A stretch of 64,000 bases of DNA from Paludibacter sp. 47-17. GTDB lineage: Bacteria > Bacteroidota > Bacteroidia > Bacteroidales > Paludibacteraceae. Made by a program: the position numbers and the translations under genes. This document shows positions 27,990 through 37,952 of this stretch, in pieces. Numbering within the stretch: position 1 is the first letter of the stretch; the number at the start of each line of letters is the position of its first letter. Below the pieces are notes generated by a model. It saw only the letters and a list, made by a program, of their open reading frames with translations. It was not told the DNA's origin and searched no databases. The stretch is from contig MKVT01000012.1 of the NCBI GenBank assembly GCA_001898935.1, positions 33,828 to 97,827 of the forward strand, in the 5' to 3' direction.

Positions 27990-30900
27990 ATGAAACCATT
28001 CCTGATTCTCCTGGCCCTGGTACTTTTCCTGGTACCGGCGACCGCCGAATCGAACACTGCACAGCCGGGCCTTGCCGGGAGCTTTCCTGCTTCGCGCCGC
28101 ATTCATTACACTGGCGCCACCCTGGCCAATCCGGCTTACCACGACGGTCAGCTCTCGCCGGTGGTGGGCGTTCACAATATTCAGGTGATGCGGGCCAACC
28201 GCGAGCATCCCGATGCATCGAACTGTAATGGCTGGACTTATCATCACCAGCCGATGCTGGCGTATCACAACGGCACTTTTTACCTGCAGTACCTGAGCGG
28301 GGAGGTGGGGGAGCATATTCCGCCCTCGCAAACCTTTCTTCAGACGTCGACCGATGGTTACAGCTGGTCGGTTCCCCGGGTGCTTTTCCCGGTGTACGAG
28401 GTGCCCGACGGATATACCAAACCCGGACGGGACGATGTGGCTAAAGGGCTGACAGCTATTATGCACCAGCGGGTGGGCTTTTATGTGTCGCGATCGGGAC
28501 GGCTCATCACCATGGCCAATTATGGGGTGGCCATGGATAAAAAAGACGATCCGAACGACGGAAACGGAATTGGAAGGGTCGTTCGTGAAATATACCGGGA
28601 CGGAACTTTCGGACCTATTTATTTTATTTATTACAATCACGGCTTTTCGTCGCGGAATACTGCTTATCCCCATTTTTCGAAGAGCAGGGATAAGGAGTTC
28701 CGCAAGGCCTGCCAGGAAATCCTCGATCAGCCGCTGTACCGTATGCAATGGGTCGAGGAGGCCGACCGCAACGATCCGTTGATCCCGTTGCATAAACCCT
28801 ACAAGGCCTTTTGCTATTATACCCTGCCCGATGGAACCGTGGCGTCGTTGTGGAAGCACGCGCTCACCTCGGTAAGTGCCGACGGAGGACGCACATGGGC
28901 GGAGCCGGTGCTGCGTGCCAAAGGATTTGTGAACAGCAATGCTAAAATCTGGGGACAGCGCCTTACCGATGGCAGTTACGCTACGGTTTACAATCCGTCG
29001 GAGTACCGCTGGCCGTTGGCTATTTCGACTTCGGCCGATGGATGGAATTATTCCACCTTGAACCTGGTGCACGGCGAGATTACCCGTATGCGCTACGGGG
29101 GGAATTATAAATCGAACGGTCCGCAGTATGTGCGTGGAATCCAGGAGGGTAATGGCATTCCTGCCGACAGTAATTTATGGGTGGCTTATAGTGTGAACAA
29201 GGAAGATATGTGGGTGTCGCGTATTCCGGTGCCTGTGCGGGTGAATGCAACTCATCATGCCGATGAGCAGTTCTCGTCGGTGGGAAAACCGGAAGAGCTG
29301 ACCGACTGGAATATTTATTCTCCCTTGTGGGCGCCGGTGTCAGTGGAGAGATTGGAGGGGCGTAACTGGCTTACCCTCCGGGATAAAGATCCGTTCGACT
29401 ATGCGAAGGTGGAACGGAAAATACCGGCGACACGTGAACTGGAAATAAGCTTCACGCTACGGGCCGACCAAACGGACAAGGGCTTGCTCCGCATCGAGTT
29501 TCTCGACGAGAAGGGGATAGCCTGCTCGCGGCTGGAATTTACGTCCGAAGGAGAATTCCGGGCCAAGGGAGGAGCGAGGTATTCGAGAATGATGACCTAT
29601 GAAGCCGGACGTAATTACGAGATCACGGCCCGGCTTTCGGTAACCGACCGTAGCATCACCATTTTTGCAGACGGCAGGCAGGTGGGGGTGCGGATGTTGT
29701 ATGCGCCGGTTGCTTCTGTCGAACGTATAGCTTTTTACACCGGGGCGCCGAGGGATTATCCTACCATCGACAGCCCGGCCGATCAGGACTACGATATGCC
29801 TCGTGCCGGCGATCAGGATCCGGAGGCTGTTTTCCGAATTGGCCGTTTACAGAGCCGTTCGATGGATCCCGGCGGATCGGCAGCGGTATTGAAATTCGAC
29901 GATTTCAGGCATTATGTGGAATATTTCAATTCGATGGAAGATGAAAATATTGTGCAGGCCATCCCGAATGCACAGGCAGCCGAATGGATGGAACGGAATA
30001 TCCCGTTGTTTGAATGTCCGCAGAAAAATTTTGAGGAACTGTTTTATTACCGCTGGTGGACCTTGCGTAAGCACATCAAGGAAACGCCGGTGGGCTATGG
30101 GATGACCGAATTTCTGGTCAACCGCTCGTATGCCGATAAGTATAACCTGATTTCGTGTGCGCTGGGACATCATATTTACGAAAGCCGCTGGTTGCGCGAT
30201 ACTACTTACCTGAATCAGATTATCCGTACCTGGTACAGGGGCAACGAAGGAAAGCCGATGGCGAAGATGATGAATTTCAGTTCGTGGAATATCGATGCGA
30301 TGCTGAACCGGTTTTATGTGAGCGGCGATACGGTGTTTCTGCTCGATATGCTGAACGATGCCGAGCAGGAATACCTGCGTTGGGAAGCCCGGAACCGTTT
30401 GCCCAGTGGGCTCTACTGGCAGGGCGATGTGCAGGATGGTATGGAAGAGTCGATCAGCGGCGGCCGGAAAAAACAGTATGCCCGTCCCACGATCAATAGT
30501 TATATGTTCGGGAATGCCCAGGCTTTGTCGGCAATGTACCGGATAGCGGGTGATAAACAAAAGGAAAAATTATACCAGGCCAAGGCCGATACCCTGAAGC
30601 AGTTGGTGGAACAGCTGTTGTGGAATGAGGAGCATCGGTTTTTCGAGACCCGTCGTGCCGATTCGCTGGCCGATGTACGTGAAGCCATCGGGTATCTACC
30701 CTGGTATTTCAATTTGCCGGAGGCCGGCGTTTTCGACAGTGCATGGGTGCAGCTGGCCGATGAGCAGGGGTTCATGGCGCCCTACGGACATACTACTGCC
30801 GAACGCCGCCATCCTGAATTCCGCACGCGGGGGGTTGGGAAGTGTGAATGGGATGGGGCTATCTGGCCTTTTGCTACTTCGCAGACGCTTACCGCTATGG

Positions 30901-31322
30901 CTAATTTTATGCACCGCTACCCGCAACGGGTGGTCGATAAGCAGCTGTATTTCACTCATCTTGAGAAACTGGTGGAGTCGCAGTCGCACCGGGGCCGGCC
31001 TTATATTGGCGAATACCTCGACGAGGTCACCGGTTATTGGCTGAAAGGCGACCAGGAGCGGGCACGTTACTACAATCATTCTACATTCAACGATTTGATT
31101 ATTACCGGATTGGTGGGATTCCGGCCGATGCCCGACGGTGGTTATGAGGTGAAGCCTTTGCTTCCCCTGGATAAGTGGGACTGGTTTTGCCTGGATAATC
31201 TGAGGTACAGGGGAAAGAATATTACCATTATCTGGGATCGGTATGGCGATAAGTATAAGCTCGGAAAGGGGCTGATCGTGCTGGAGGAGGGGAGGTACGC
31301 TACGCGCTTTGCGCTTCGCTAA
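27990..31322 (+). CDS. Two-domain glycoside hydrolase: N-terminal BNR/sialidase-like propeller + C-terminal (alpha/alpha)6-like domain. Candidate GH143-GH142 type (DHA-hydrolase / beta-L-arabinofuranosidase).
   Basis: 1110 aa with a signal peptide. Asp-box-like 'TSTDGYSWS', 'SADGGRTWAEP', 'STSADGWNYS'. The C-terminal half is helix-rich with 'CEWDGAIWPFATSQTL'. The family assignment rests on architecture and RG-II context. Confidence 0.5.
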   Translation: MKPFLILLALVLFLVPATAESNTAQPGLAGSFPASRRIHYTGATLANPAYHDGQLSPVVGVHNIQVMRANREHPDASNCNGWTYHHQPMLAYHNGTFYLQYLSGEVGEHIPPSQTFLQTSTDGYSWSVPRVLFPVYEVPDGYTKPGRDDVAKGLTAIMHQRVGFYVSRSGRLITMANYGVAMDKKDDPNDGNGIGRVVREIYRDGTFGPIYFIYYNHGFSSRNTAYPHFSKSRDKEFRKACQEILDQPLYRMQWVEEADRNDPLIPLHKPYKAFCYYTLPDGTVASLWKHALTSVSADGGRTWAEPVLRAKGFVNSNAKIWGQRLTDGSYATVYNPSEYRWPLAISTSADGWNYSTLNLVHGEITRMRYGGNYKSNGPQYVRGIQEGNGIPADSNLWVAYSVNKEDMWVSRIPVPVRVNATHHADEQFSSVGKPEELTDWNIYSPLWAPVSVERLEGRNWLTLRDKDPFDYAKVERKIPATRELEISFTLRADQTDKGLLRIEFLDEKGIACSRLEFTSEGEFRAKGGARYSRMMTYEAGRNYEITARLSVTDRSITIFADGRQVGVRMLYAPVASVERIAFYTGAPRDYPTIDSPADQDYDMPRAGDQDPEAVFRIGRLQSRSMDPGGSAAVLKFDDFRHYVEYFNSMEDENIVQAIPNAQAAEWMERNIPLFECPQKNFEELFYYRWWTLRKHIKETPVGYGMTEFLVNRSYADKYNLISCALGHHIYESRWLRDTTYLNQIIRTWYRGNEGKPMAKMMNFSSWNIDAMLNRFYVSGDTVFLLDMLNDAEQEYLRWEARNRLPSGLYWQGDVQDGMEESISGGRKKQYARPTINSYMFGNAQALSAMYRIAGDKQKEKLYQAKADTLKQLVEQLLWNEEHRFFETRRADSLADVREAIGYLPWYFNLPEAGVFDSAWVQLADEQGFMAPYGHTTAERRHPEFRTRGVGKCEWDGAIWPFATSQTLTAMANFMHRYPQRVVDKQLYFTHLEKLVESQSHRGRPYIGEYLDEVTGYWLKGDQERARYYNHSTFNDLIITGLVGFRPMPDGGYEVKPLLPLDKWDWFCLDNLRYRGKNITIIWDRYGDKYKLGKGLIVLEEGRYATRFALR

Positions 31323-31349
31323 TTGTACGCTTCGCTTTGCTTCGCTAAT
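31295..31349 (+). repeat. Tandem pair of GTACG-CTTTGC-CTAAT units (junction element A)
   Basis: GTACG 31295 / CTTTGC 31307 / CTAAT 31319, then TTGTACG 31323 / CTTTGC 31335 / CTAAT 31345. The first unit overlaps the last codons of the upstream CDS. TTTG(31308-11)-N20-TCGCTTTG(31332-39) is promoter-like. Confidence 0.6.
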
Positions 31350-31375
31350 GGGGGTTATGAAATGAATGGAGTTCG

Positions 31376-34357
31376 ATGAAAAATACATTTATTCTTGTGC
31401 TTTTTTTGGGGCTGGGGTGTGTACCGGCTTGGGGCTGGCGAGTGCACCGCACAACGGTGGAGTTTGAGCGCCGCCCGCTGGCTGTGGATGTGCACCAGCG
31501 TGCACCTAACTTTGGATGGGAGCTGGAGGCGGCCGAAAATAATTGCCGTCAGTTGGCTTATGAGCTGGAGATGGTGGCAGACTGCTGCAACGAACCGGAA
31601 GCTGCAAAGGGACGGCAGTCGCGGGTGCAACCGGAATGGTGGTGGAAATCAGGGAAGGTTTTTTCATCGGAGAGTCAGCTGGTTGGTTATTCCGGACCGG
31701 CGCTTCAGCCTTCAACCGCTTACCGCTGGAGAGTTCGGGTGTGGGATCAGTCGGACCGGGTGTCGGGATGGAGTGAATGGGCGTATTTCAGAACCGCACC
31801 GCTTTTGGATCCGCTAACGTCGGCTCCGCGCTGGATTGGAGCCATCCGGGCCGATAGTGCGCGTATCCCTGCCGGACAGCGTTTTTATAGCCGCGAAATG
31901 CGCACTCCGGCATACCGGGCTGTGTGGGCGGGAATCGATTCGCTGTCGCGCAGAAGTATTCTGCTGCGAAAATCGTTTCAGCTTAAGCCCGGACTGAGTG
32001 AAGCGATAGTACATGTGTGCGGATTAGGGCATTACGAACTTACACTGAACGGCCGGAAGGTGGGTGACAGCGAGTTCGCTCCTCTCTGGACCGATTACGA
32101 TAAAACAGTGTACTACAATACTTTCGATCTTACTTCCCTGGCCGGAAAGGGTGAGAATGTATTCGGTGTCCTGTTGGGTAATGGTTTTTATAATGCACAG
32201 GGCGGACGCTATTCGAAACTGAAAATCTCGTTCGGAGCTCCTACTTTATGGCTGATGGCTGAGTTTCGCTACAAGGATGGTAGCCGGGAGGTCGTGGTTT
32301 CGGATGCCGGCTGGCAGTATGCCTTCAGTCCGGTTACTTTCAACGATATCTACGGGGGAGAGGATTACGATGCAAGGCTGGAGATGCAGGGTTGGAACGA
32401 AGCTCCGTTGAATGAATCAACCACGGGCACCCCCTGGCTGCCGGTGGTTGTACAAGAGGCCCCCAAAGGCCGCTTACGTCCTCAGCAAGCCGATCCGGTG
32501 AAAATCATGAAGCGTTACCGGCCTGTTTCTTTCAATACATTAACTGCTCAGGAACGTGATTCGGCTTCGCGCAAAACCAAACGGACGATTCATGCGTCGG
32601 CAGTGGTATTCGATATGGGACAGAATCTTGCCGGTTTCCCTGAAATTAAGGTAAAGGGAAAGCGGGGCGATACGATCACGCTGATCGTTTCGGAAGCATT
32701 GACCTCCGAAGGAGCTTGCGATCAGCGCCAAACGGGACGGCCGCATTTTTACCGCTATATTCTGAAAGGCAACGGAGTGGAGACCTGGCATCCCCGGTTT
32801 TCGTACTATGGTTTCCGGTATATCCAGGTAGAGGGTGCGAAATGGACACGGAGCGAAGCCGGAACTGACAGGCTGAAAACCGGATGGGCGGAAGCGAAAC
32901 GGACATCGCAGGCGATCGCTACAGGGCTTCCCGAACTGCTGGAACTTACTTCCTGCTTTGTGTATAATTCGGCTCCTTTTATTTCCGAATTCGAAAGTTC
33001 GTCGGAATTGTTTAATAAAACGCACCGGCTCATCGAAATGGCGGCGAAAAGTAATATGCAGGCGGTGTTTACCGATTGTCCGCACCGCGAAAAGCTGGGT
33101 TGGCTCGAGCAGGTTCACCTCAACGGCCCCGGCTTGCTCTATAATTTTGATCTTACCCGACTCATCCCCAAGGTGATGCAGGATATGGCCGATGCGCAGC
33201 AACCCAACGGGATGATACCGACCATCGCACCGCTTTACAATCTCTTCGGAACATCCGGCGAAGGTTTCGACGAATTTGGCGATTCGCCCGAATGGGGCAG
33301 CACCTTCCTCCTTCTTCCCCATCTTTACGAAGAGTTTTACGGCGATTCAAGCTTGTTGGTGCAATATTATCCGGCTATGCGCAGGTATGTGGAATACCTT
33401 ATTTCGCGATCGGTGAATCACGAATTGCGTTTTGGCTTAGGCGATTGGTACGATTATGGTGATTTTCGGGCCGGATACTCGCGCAATACACCGGTTGCGT
33501 TCGTTGCTACCGCGTATTATTTTTACGGATTGAAGCTGATGGCGCGTTTATCGTACCGCTTAGGTAATTCGTTCGACGGACGGTATTTCGCGAAGCTGGC
33601 CGAGGAGGTGCGCAGAGCATTTAACGAGCGGTGGTTTCGTGTTGCCGAAAAAACCTATGCCGGAGGGAGCCAGACGGCCCTGGCCATGGCTGTGTACCTG
33701 GAGATTGTGGATCAACAACACCGGAGCGCGGTGCTTAATACGCTTGTCGGAGCGATAAAGTCGAAAGGAAACCGGCTCACTACCGGCGATATCGGAAACC
33801 GGTACCTGTTTCAAACCCTGGCTCGTAATGGATTGAATGAATTGATGTATACGATGCATCATCACGAAGAGGCGCCGGGCTATGGATTTCAGCTGAAGTT
33901 CGGGGCTACGACCCTTACCGAACAGTGGGATCCGCGTATGGGATCGTCGTGGAATCACTTTATGATGGGCCAGATCGACGAATGGTTTTTTGCTTCGCTG
34001 GCGGGAATCGGCCCTGGAAAGTCTGGTGTGTTCGCAGACCGTACCCTCCAGGGGGATCGTGCTGCCGGATCGTCCGGCGGTACTGCTGCGGACCGGCTTC
34101 CGGAGTTAAATCCCCGGAGTGCTGCGCACCGGCATTTTGTGATTGCACCTCAACCGGTGGGCGATTTGCAGTTTGTGAAGGCTGCAACCCGTACCCTGTA
34201 CGGGCGCCTGGCGGTGGAATGGTACCGGGAAGGCGATAGGCTGAAGGTGAAAGTCACGGTTCCGGTGAATTGCACGGCCGAAGTAGTGCTTCCCGGACAC
34301 GAAGCCCGACAGCTGGGAAGCGGCACGCATGAGCTGGAAGCCGGATTGGGCCGATGA
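31376..34357 (+). CDS. GH78 alpha-L-rhamnosidase
   Basis: 'YRWRVRVWD', 'GLGHYELTLNGRKVGD', 'DCPHREKLGWLEQ'. 993 aa. Confidence 0.85.
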   Translation: MKNTFILVLFLGLGCVPAWGWRVHRTTVEFERRPLAVDVHQRAPNFGWELEAAENNCRQLAYELEMVADCCNEPEAAKGRQSRVQPEWWWKSGKVFSSESQLVGYSGPALQPSTAYRWRVRVWDQSDRVSGWSEWAYFRTAPLLDPLTSAPRWIGAIRADSARIPAGQRFYSREMRTPAYRAVWAGIDSLSRRSILLRKSFQLKPGLSEAIVHVCGLGHYELTLNGRKVGDSEFAPLWTDYDKTVYYNTFDLTSLAGKGENVFGVLLGNGFYNAQGGRYSKLKISFGAPTLWLMAEFRYKDGSREVVVSDAGWQYAFSPVTFNDIYGGEDYDARLEMQGWNEAPLNESTTGTPWLPVVVQEAPKGRLRPQQADPVKIMKRYRPVSFNTLTAQERDSASRKTKRTIHASAVVFDMGQNLAGFPEIKVKGKRGDTITLIVSEALTSEGACDQRQTGRPHFYRYILKGNGVETWHPRFSYYGFRYIQVEGAKWTRSEAGTDRLKTGWAEAKRTSQAIATGLPELLELTSCFVYNSAPFISEFESSSELFNKTHRLIEMAAKSNMQAVFTDCPHREKLGWLEQVHLNGPGLLYNFDLTRLIPKVMQDMADAQQPNGMIPTIAPLYNLFGTSGEGFDEFGDSPEWGSTFLLLPHLYEEFYGDSSLLVQYYPAMRRYVEYLISRSVNHELRFGLGDWYDYGDFRAGYSRNTPVAFVATAYYFYGLKLMARLSYRLGNSFDGRYFAKLAEEVRRAFNERWFRVAEKTYAGGSQTALAMAVYLEIVDQQHRSAVLNTLVGAIKSKGNRLTTGDIGNRYLFQTLARNGLNELMYTMHHHEEAPGYGFQLKFGATTLTEQWDPRMGSSWNHFMMGQIDEWFFASLAGIGPGKSGVFADRTLQGDRAAGSSGGTAADRLPELNPRSAAHRHFVIAPQPVGDLQFVKAATRTLYGRLAVEWYREGDRLKVKVTVPVNCTAEVVLPGHEARQLGSGTHELEAGLGR

Positions 34358-34488
34358 TGCCGGCTGCGGAAGCGGTGCCTGCCGGATGAGAGGCGATGGC
34401 CGGAGCTCGTCGCAGGAAATGTTCCGGGAATTCGATCCAATTGATAAAAACAATAATTTTTTCCGTATACTTGCAAAAAAAATAAACA

Positions 34489-35814
34489 ATGACCCGATTT
34501 TTAATGCTTTCTTTTCTGGTTTTTAGTGCTTCAGTTCATGCTTCATTTGTCGATATGCAAAAAGCGGGTGCGCTTACAGGAGGTAAATTTCTGAATACGA
34601 GTGTTATTAATTCAACAATCGATAACCTGAGCCGAAAAGGCGGCGGCACCTTGTATTTCCCGGCCGGCACCTACCTTACCGGTCCCATTCGTCTGAAAAG
34701 CAATATCACCCTCGACCTGGCTGCAGGAGCCACGCTCCGTTTCAGCGATAAGTTCGAACATTACCTGCCGTTTGTTGAAATGCGCTACGAAGGCGTGATG
34801 ATGAAAAGCTTCTCGCCCCTGTTGTACGCGGTGGATGCCGAAAACATCACCATCAAAGGGCAGGGTACGCTCGACGGCCAGGGACAGAAATGGTGGGATG
34901 AATTTTTCAGGGTGCTGGTCGATTTGCAGAAAAACGGAATGCGCGAAGTAAACATCTACCAGCAACAATGGGAAAAAGCCAACGATGTAAAAGCCCTCTA
35001 TGCCGCGACCAACGAAGATTACGCACCCACCTTGCAGCGACGTTTCTTCCGCCCGCCGTTTTTCCAGACCCTGCGTTGTAAAGGCATCACCATCGAAGGA
35101 GTGAGATTTATCAACTCGCCCTTCTGGACCGTCAACCCTAACTTCTGTGAAAATATCACCATTCACGGAATCACCATCAACAACCCCGACTCGCCCAACA
35201 CCGACGGAATCAATCCCGAATCGTGCAAAAATGTGCGCATTTCCGACTGCCACATCACCGTGGGCGACGATTGCATCACCATCAAGAGCGGGCGCGATGC
35301 ACAGGGCCGGAGTTTCGGTGCTCCCTGCGAAAACATCAGCATCACCAATTGTACGATGTTGGCCGGACATGGAGGAGTGGTGATTGGCAGCGAGATGAGC
35401 GGCGGAGTACGCAATATCACCATCAGCAATTGCATATTCGACGGCACCGACCGCGGCATTCGATTTAAATCGACACGCGGCCGGGGAGGCGTGGTCGAAA
35501 ACATCAGCATCAGCAATATAGTGATGCGCGACATTCAACGGGAAGCCATTATTTTCGACCTGAAATACAGTAAGATGCCCGAAGAGCCGGTGAGCGACCG
35601 CACTCCTGTGTTCCGTAATATCCACATCAGTAATGTGATAGCCACCGATGTGAATATCCCGGTGTATATCCGCGGACTCGAAGAAGCTCCCATCAGCGAT
35701 ATCAGCCTTACGAATGTGCACGTGCAGAGCCGCCAGCAACCCACTTTCCTGAACTACGAGCGGGTGAAACTCAACGAAGTGTACCTCAACGGAGCGAAAC
35801 TGGAGCTGAAGTAA
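34489..35814 (+). CDS. GH28 (exo-)polygalacturonase / alpha-galacturonidase
   Basis: GH28 motifs 'SPNTDGINPES', 'GDDCITIKSG', 'AGHGGVVIGSE', 'RGIRFKS'. Signal peptide. Confidence 0.9.
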   Translation: MTRFLMLSFLVFSASVHASFVDMQKAGALTGGKFLNTSVINSTIDNLSRKGGGTLYFPAGTYLTGPIRLKSNITLDLAAGATLRFSDKFEHYLPFVEMRYEGVMMKSFSPLLYAVDAENITIKGQGTLDGQGQKWWDEFFRVLVDLQKNGMREVNIYQQQWEKANDVKALYAATNEDYAPTLQRRFFRPPFFQTLRCKGITIEGVRFINSPFWTVNPNFCENITIHGITINNPDSPNTDGINPESCKNVRISDCHITVGDDCITIKSGRDAQGRSFGAPCENISITNCTMLAGHGGVVIGSEMSGGVRNITISNCIFDGTDRGIRFKSTRGRGGVVENISISNIVMRDIQREAIIFDLKYSKMPEEPVSDRTPVFRNIHISNVIATDVNIPVYIRGLEEAPISDISLTNVHVQSRQQPTFLNYERVKLNEVYLNGAKLELK

Positions 35815-35838
35815 GGGCCTGCTTTCAAGGTAGGCTTG

Positions 35839-35905
35839 TCCCCGGTCCCGTTTCGCCGGCCAAACCGACGTTCGGGTAAGGACCGGCTGCGTAAGGAACC
35901 GGGGA
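35839..35905 (+). other. GC-rich structured intergenic element (branched hairpin) inside the operon
   Basis: TCCCCGGTCC (35839-48) pairs with GGAACCGGGGA (35895-905, one bulge). Inner helices GCCGG(35855-59)/CCGGC(35883-87) and CCGA(35865-68)/TCGG(35872-75). No U-tract follows. Confidence 0.4.
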
Positions 35906-35981
35906 GTTGTCAGGCCGGAGCCCGGGTAATGGTTACATTTCGTGTATTTTCCCGTCATGCTTGAAGTAAAACCCAATTTAT

Positions 35982-37952
35982 ATGTACAGATATATTGTTG
36001 CCTTTTTGTTGCTGACATCCGTCGTTCGTGCGCAGGCTTTTGAGAATCAGTTCGCGCGGCCGCTGGGCACGATGATCGGCGAGCTCGGTTCCCGGTTTGG
36101 TGTGAAACTGAAGGTAGAAGTAGATACCGCCGGAAAACAGGTGCCCTGGGCCGATTTCAGGATCCGCCCCTATTCGTTGGAAGAGTCGTTGAGTGGTATT
36201 TTGTCGCTGTTCGATTACCGGGCGGTGAAGCAAACCGATGGCTCGTACAAGATCAGGAATTACGAATACATGCGCCGTACACCCGACGATGGTCGCAACA
36301 TGCTTAGGTATCTGAATACATTGTATCCCGACAAGGCGTCGTGGGAAAAACGCCGTAGCTGCCTTCGCAGCGAAGCTCGGGTAGCGCTGGGCTGGGAGGC
36401 TGCCATGGCGGAAATGGTTCCGGATCCCCGGTTTCAGCTCGGCGAACCACGGAGCTACGATGGTTATAAAGTGCGGAATTTTGCACTGGAAACATTACCG
36501 GGTTACTATGTTACCGGGTCGTTGTATCTTCCTGCCGGAAAGGGACCTTTTCCGTTGTTGCTGATGCCCAACGGTCACTGGCCCGAAGGGCGTTACAATA
36601 AGGATGAACAGATCCGTTTTGCTACACTGGCCCGGATGGGAGTGGTGAGCGTCAGCTACGATTTGTTCGGCTGGGGCGAATCGGCCTTGATGGTGGGAGC
36701 TGTGGCTCATCGCACCAGTACGGCCCATGTAGTGCAATTGCTCAATGGAGTGGCTATCCTCGATTTTCTGGTGGGGAAAACTCCCGCACTCAAGCCGGTG
36801 TACAACAAACACCTGAAAATCAGTTTCGATCCGTCGCGCATCGGCGCCAACGGAGGTTCGGGAGGCGGATCGCAGGTGATAATGCTCGGGGTACTCGACG
36901 ATCGCATTGCAGCCGCTTGCCCCACCGTCAACCTGGCCTCGCATTTCGATGGCGGCTGCCCTTGCGAAAGTGGCATGCCGGTGTCGCTTTCGTGCGGAGG
37001 CACCAACAACGCGGAGCTCGCCGCCACCTTTGCACCGAAGCCTTTGCGCATCATCTCCGACGATAAAGACTGGACGGCCTCGGTGCCAACCCTCGAGTAT
37101 CCTTACCTGCAACGTATTTACGGATTCTACGGCGCACCGGTTTCCAATGTCCACCTGGCCGGCGAGGGACACGATTTCGGTCCCAATAAACGCAAGGCGG
37201 TGTACGGTTTTTTTGCCGAAGTGTTTCAACTTCAGCATGCGCGGCCCGACGAATCGAAGGTAACCATCGAGCCGAAGGAGTTGATGCTCAGTTTTGGAGT
37301 AAAGGGAGAACGACTCCCGGCCGGGGCGGTACGCAGCGTACAACAAGTAGACCGACACCTGAATAAAAAAACCGCCGCTGCCATCAGCTCCGACTTCGAT
37401 ATCGAAAAGAAGGTAAACTCCTGGCTCGATTCGCTCCGGCTCGGCGATGCGGCAAAAGAAGCCCGCGTACGTGCCGTACTCATCAAACACCAGAAAATAG
37501 TGCGCGACTGGCACAACGACCATCCCTATACCAGCGTGCCGGCCGGCATCAATCCGCTCAACGGTAAGCCTTTATCGGATATCGACCGCGAAGTGATTGC
37601 CAACTCAGGCAAACCGGCTTCGGTACATACCGACCTTATGGAAGGCTTGCGGAAGGATCTCACCGAAGCGCAGGTAGAAACGATACTCGATTTTTATACC
37701 ATCGGTAAAGTCGATTTTACGATGCGGGGCTTCAAGGCGATTGTGCCCGACCTGACTCCTGCCGAAGAAGCCTATATTCTGCAGCAGCTTAAACTGGCCC
37801 GCGAGCAGGCTGTCGATTACAAACGAATGAAAGCTATTTCGGCCATTTTCGAGATTTATAAAACCAACAGCGAGCAATACCTGAATGCGAACGGGCGGAA
37901 CTGGCGGAAATTGTACAAGGATTTTACCGATCAATTGAAGAAAAATAAATGA
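35982..37952 (+). CDS. Alpha/beta-hydrolase (acetyl-xylan-esterase/dienelactone-hydrolase-like) fused to a C-terminal DUF3826 domain; candidate pectin/RG-II esterase
   Basis: Signal peptide. 'YKVRNFALETLPGYYVTGSLYLPAGKGPFPLLLMPNGHW'. Nucleophile elbow 'GGSGGGSQ'. The last ~190 aa resemble the free-standing DUF3826 protein at 49866..50552. Confidence 0.6.
   Translation: MYRYIVAFLLLTSVVRAQAFENQFARPLGTMIGELGSRFGVKLKVEVDTAGKQVPWADFRIRPYSLEESLSGILSLFDYRAVKQTDGSYKIRNYEYMRRTPDDGRNMLRYLNTLYPDKASWEKRRSCLRSEARVALGWEAAMAEMVPDPRFQLGEPRSYDGYKVRNFALETLPGYYVTGSLYLPAGKGPFPLLLMPNGHWPEGRYNKDEQIRFATLARMGVVSVSYDLFGWGESALMVGAVAHRTSTAHVVQLLNGVAILDFLVGKTPALKPVYNKHLKISFDPSRIGANGGSGGGSQVIMLGVLDDRIAAACPTVNLASHFDGGCPCESGMPVSLSCGGTNNAELAATFAPKPLRIISDDKDWTASVPTLEYPYLQRIYGFYGAPVSNVHLAGEGHDFGPNKRKAVYGFFAEVFQLQHARPDESKVTIEPKELMLSFGVKGERLPAGAVRSVQQVDRHLNKKTAAAISSDFDIEKKVNSWLDSLRLGDAAKEARVRAVLIKHQKIVRDWHNDHPYTSVPAGINPLNGKPLSDIDREVIANSGKPASVHTDLMEGLRKDLTEAQVETILDFYTIGKVDFTMRGFKAIVPDLTPAEEAYILQQLKLAREQAVDYKRMKAISAIFEIYKTNSEQYLNANGRNWRKLYKDFTDQLKKNK

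Noticed and set aside
27087-29072. 661-aa ORF on the minus strand spanning the GH43-like gene and the start of the 1110-aa gene
   Set aside because: It is fully antisense to two well-supported CDSs with clear family motifs. Its translation is R/G/H/P-rich low-complexity with no recognisable domain, signal or start context. This is a typical shadow ORF of codon-biased coding sequence.
34612-36018. 468-aa antisense ORF covering GH28
   Set aside because: Shadow ORF. The GH28 motifs on the plus strand are unambiguous.
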